A stretch of 58,807 bases of DNA, from positions 1-58,807 of the IMG/VR virus record IMGVR_UViG_3300005332_000001; one strand, written 5' to 3'. Below, piece after piece: positions 56,391-58,807 of this stretch (within the stretch, counting starts at the first letter, position 1; each line of letters begins with the position of its first letter). Origin of the DNA: a virus (Duplodnaviria > Caudoviricetes). A program made the translations under genes and the position numbers. The notes below the pieces were generated by a model. That model was not told where the DNA came from and searched no databases. It was given only the letters and a program-made list of their open reading frames with translations.

Positions 56391-57749
56391 TCATCTGCGC
56401 GCAAGATGAGAAAGCCACGTTCGAGCCGTGGGGACCCGACTCGCCGCGTTCTCACCCGGCCAGCATACACACTCTGCCGCTGTTGGCTGGCCGGACTTGC
56501 GCGGTGCACAGAAAAGCCGCCTCGACTTGCGGAAGAAGACCACATCCCCGGCCAGCACGCTTCCACACAATAGCAGCAAGGGCACTATCTTGCTGACCAC
56601 CATCCAACGCCAGGCGACCAGTCCCGGATGGAACCCGAGATGATTATTAAAGCTCACGTCAACATGGAAGAGCCGCAAGAGTAGGAAGCAACTGGGCAAA
56701 CAGGTGAGCAGGATGCAAATGCGTGCTGTTCTCGTTTGAAACGCCGGACAGAAAACCACGCAGATCGCCAGGACGTAGGCAAGCGTGCTCCAATCATACT
56801 CATAGACCAAATTGTAAAAGAGCAAAAAATACGCGATGGAGAAGAAAATCGATGTAGCCAGCGGCGTTCGTTTGCTCGCGCTCAGCAGCAACACCAACGC
56901 CAGGGCTGCGTATTGGATGGCCTGGTAGGCCGTGTTTGGCCATCGGAAGGAATAGCGCAAGAGCGCATTGAGTGTCATGATTTGATCCGGCCCAGGAGAG
57001 TCTGGGTGAAAAAATTCTTTCACGAGGTTGTTGATATAGTACATGCCACTTTTATTGAGCAAGAATGGCCAGGTAGCAAGCACAACCAGCGCGAGGGCAA
57101 ACAGCGCGAGACGCCAGTGGCGTTTGAACACCAGCGCTGGCACAAAGAGCAAGCCAACTGGCTTCACCAGGATGCTTGCCGCATAGAAGAGGATAATTCC
57201 TAGTTGCGATCGCTTCTGCATCATCAGGAAGAGTAGCAGGCAGGCATTGAACACCAAATGATATTGGCCCGCCGCCAGCTCCGCGTACTCATCGAGACTC
57301 GCCAGCAGGATGAACGTGGCGAGCTGTCCATATTTGTATCCGCGCACCTGCTTCCAGAAGAAAGAAATCAGCAGGAGATCCAGCAACAGCTTGATGAGAA
57401 TCCAGGCCGCGTAGGAGTCCTGGGGAGCGAGCAGCATCAGAACCGTGCCTAACACAATTGTGAAGAGTGGACTGTACACGTTCTTATTCACGGCGTAGTG
57501 CAGGGCGGGCGCATAGACCTGCCCGCTTGGCAGCGCCACTCCCGTTAAGCTGCCGCCATGCCACCAGGACCAGGCACCACGCACCACCTGGAAGAAGTCG
57601 ATACCTGGGTCAGCATAGTGGGTAGAGGAACCAGAAAAAAACACATCTAGCCAGCCAGTCCAAAGTGCTGAGACATAAAACAGCACGTGAATGGCGATCC
57701 CTACATAGAGCAAAAGATACGTGTGTATATGTAAAACTACAGATTTCAT
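56391..57749 (-). CDS. GT-C fold membrane glycosyltransferase (GT87/DUF2029-like), moron
   Basis: Polytopic; IDFFQV; YSPLF; GQY; LVKP; YEYD. Confidence 0.8.
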   Translation of the reverse strand: MKSVVLHIHTYLLLYVGIAIHVLFYVSALWTGWLDVFFSGSSTHYADPGIDFFQVVRGAWSWWHGGSLTGVALPSGQVYAPALHYAVNKNVYSPLFTIVLGTVLMLLAPQDSYAAWILIKLLLDLLLISFFWKQVRGYKYGQLATFILLASLDEYAELAAGQYHLVFNACLLLFLMMQKRSQLGIILFYAASILVKPVGLLFVPALVFKRHWRLALFALALVVLATWPFLLNKSGMYYINNLVKEFFHPDSPGPDQIMTLNALLRYSFRWPNTAYQAIQYAALALVLLLSASKRTPLATSIFFSIAYFLLFYNLVYEYDWSTLAYVLAICVVFCPAFQTRTARICILLTCLPSCFLLLRLFHVDVSFNNHLGFHPGLVAWRWMVVSKIVPLLLLCGSVLAGDVVFFRKSRRLFCAPRKSGQPTAAECVCWPGENAASRVPTARTWLSHLARR

Positions 57750-57965
57750 CGAACCATCCCTCCATTCTCGTGTGCTATCGTATCACATGCATGAGGAACG
57801 TAGGAACGTTTCTGTTTTCTTGCGCCTGTGGTAGAATAGATACCTGTACCAGCAACGGTACCGTGGAAGAGAACTCCGCACCCTCTGGAACACGTAAAAC
57901 TTCGAGGAATGCCGTGCGTCCTGAGTGACCTCAAACCACGCTCGCACGAAAATAACCAGGCACAG

Positions 57966-58002
57966 AAAAGCCGCAGGGTTGTTGTTTGCCCCCTGCGGCT
58001 TT
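57966..58002. terminator. Terminator ending the leftward operon
   Basis: AAAGCCGCAGGG...CCCTGCGGCTTT. Confidence 0.8.
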
Positions 58003-58020
58003 GTGTCGCGTACGTGCTCC

Positions 58021-58131
58021 TCAATCAAAGTAGGCTATCAAGTGCCACTGTGGCTTCTCTTCGCCCAAGTCAATGCCCACTTCTTTTGCGTACCCTCTCA
58101 GTCGCTCATCCCAATCTGGCTGCGCTACCAT
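58021..58131 (-). pseudogene. Short ORF or C-terminal gene remnant
   Basis: MVAQPDWDERLRGYAKEVGIDLGEEKPQWHLIAYFD; frame open upstream of ATG, no clear RBS. Confidence 0.35.
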
Positions 58132-58187
58132 CTTTGCAGGATCAATTATCTCCCAATAACGATGTGTGGCTGATTGTTTTTACCTTT

Positions 58188-58517
58188 CTATACTTCAGCT
58201 AACATTGGTATCGTGGCGCACTGATCAATGGCCACCGTTTGTATCGTATCGCCGCTCCACCACTGGAAATGTGCCTCGGCCAGCGTCTCCTCCTGATCGA
58301 TGAGAATGCGCGTGATGTGCGCCGTCCACTTCGGCTTCACGTCCGGATCGCACATCTCAGGATGCGCGGCAACCTCATCGCGGATGCTCGTCCAAGTGGT
58401 GCTCTGCCAACCCTCTTGATAGCCCATGCGCTGCTGCATATGCGCCCACCAGCTCGGCATTTTTTGTATCTCAGGCTTGCTACGCTGAAACAGCCAGCGC
58501 AGCAGGAGTGTTCTCAT
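58188..58517 (-). CDS. Hypothetical protein
   Basis: AAAGGGG RBS; operon order. Confidence 0.7.
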   Translation of the reverse strand: MRTLLLRWLFQRSKPEIQKMPSWWAHMQQRMGYQEGWQSTTWTSIRDEVAAHPEMCDPDVKPKWTAHITRILIDQEETLAEAHFQWWSGDTIQTVAIDQCATIPMLAEV

Positions 58518-58520
58518 GAA

Positions 58521-58807
58521 TTACGCCCCTTTCTTTTTCGCTTGTTGTCGATGATATGACTCAAGAGCAGTTTTACGATGGCGCTTTCGGAATTGCTCGT
58601 CTGCGTACCAGCGAACAGATTGTTTCCGATTTACGCGCTCTTTGTTCTCGCGTGCCCATTGGAGTTGCTGAGCAGCATTATGGGACTTACGGCATTGCTG
58701 GCATCTGTCTCTCTTAACTACAGGCATGCCACAATCGATACAGGTACGCTGTGGATAGTTGATTGTTTTGCTAATAAACTGTTGACTCATCCCGTATCGT
58801 TCTGCAA
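58521..58807 (-). CDS. HTH + Zn-finger protein, 5' truncated at window end
   Basis: Frame open to the end: AERYGMSQQFISKTIN HTH, CIDC..CQQC. Confidence 0.7.
   Translation of the reverse strand, partial: AERYGMSQQFISKTINYPQRTCIDCGMPVVKRDRCQQCRKSHNAAQQLQWARENKERVNRKQSVRWYADEQFRKRHRKTALESYHRQQAKKKGA

Larger units (their letters stand above)
1..58807. mobile_element. Temperate tailed phage genome (siphovirus-like), near-complete and circularly permuted; possible phage-plasmid
   Basis: Packaging, head, tail, lysis, replication, switch and recombinase modules all present; no host core genes; both ends fall in what looks like one HTH gene. Confidence 0.93.

Overview
The whole window reads as one apparently near-complete, circularly permuted temperate tailed-phage genome (siphovirus-type tail). 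No host housekeeping genes are visible. Layout: (1) a leftward middle/replication operon (14972 to 1, continuing 58807 to about 58020) with Dam-type, C5 and DndC/PAPS-reductase-like DNA-modification genes, an iteron-containing replication initiator, a DnaC/IstB-like loader, HNH, excisionase-like HTHs, and an FtsK/TraB-like translocase flanked by Spd-like membrane proteins; (2) a regulatory island (HTH pair, XRE-TPR regulator, hairpin-rich 1-kb gap) and a divergent promoter/operator switch at 19.7-19.8 kb; (3) a rightward early operon with a Sak4-like ATPase and a free-standing LAGLIDADG endonuclease; (4) two tyrosine recombinases, one with a dif-like site, bracketing a tRNA-like/ncRNA locus; (5) a late operon preceded by an attenuator-like leader: terminases, portal, MuF, scaffold, capsid, head-tail, two tail-tube paralogs, frameshifting chaperone, tape measure, 2066-aa tail tip, GH25 endolysin, holin; (6) a GT-C glycosyltransferase moron. 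The host is inferred, not shown, to be a monoderm, possibly Ktedonobacteria (Chloroflexota). Most novel candidates: a Streptomyces-type dsDNA conjugation module inside a virion-encoding phage, and an RNA system in which a covarying RBS-sequestering hairpin precedes both capsid and tail-tube genes and is mimicked by a separate small RNA behind a tRNA-like leader. All family calls come from motif recognition by eye; no searches were run.
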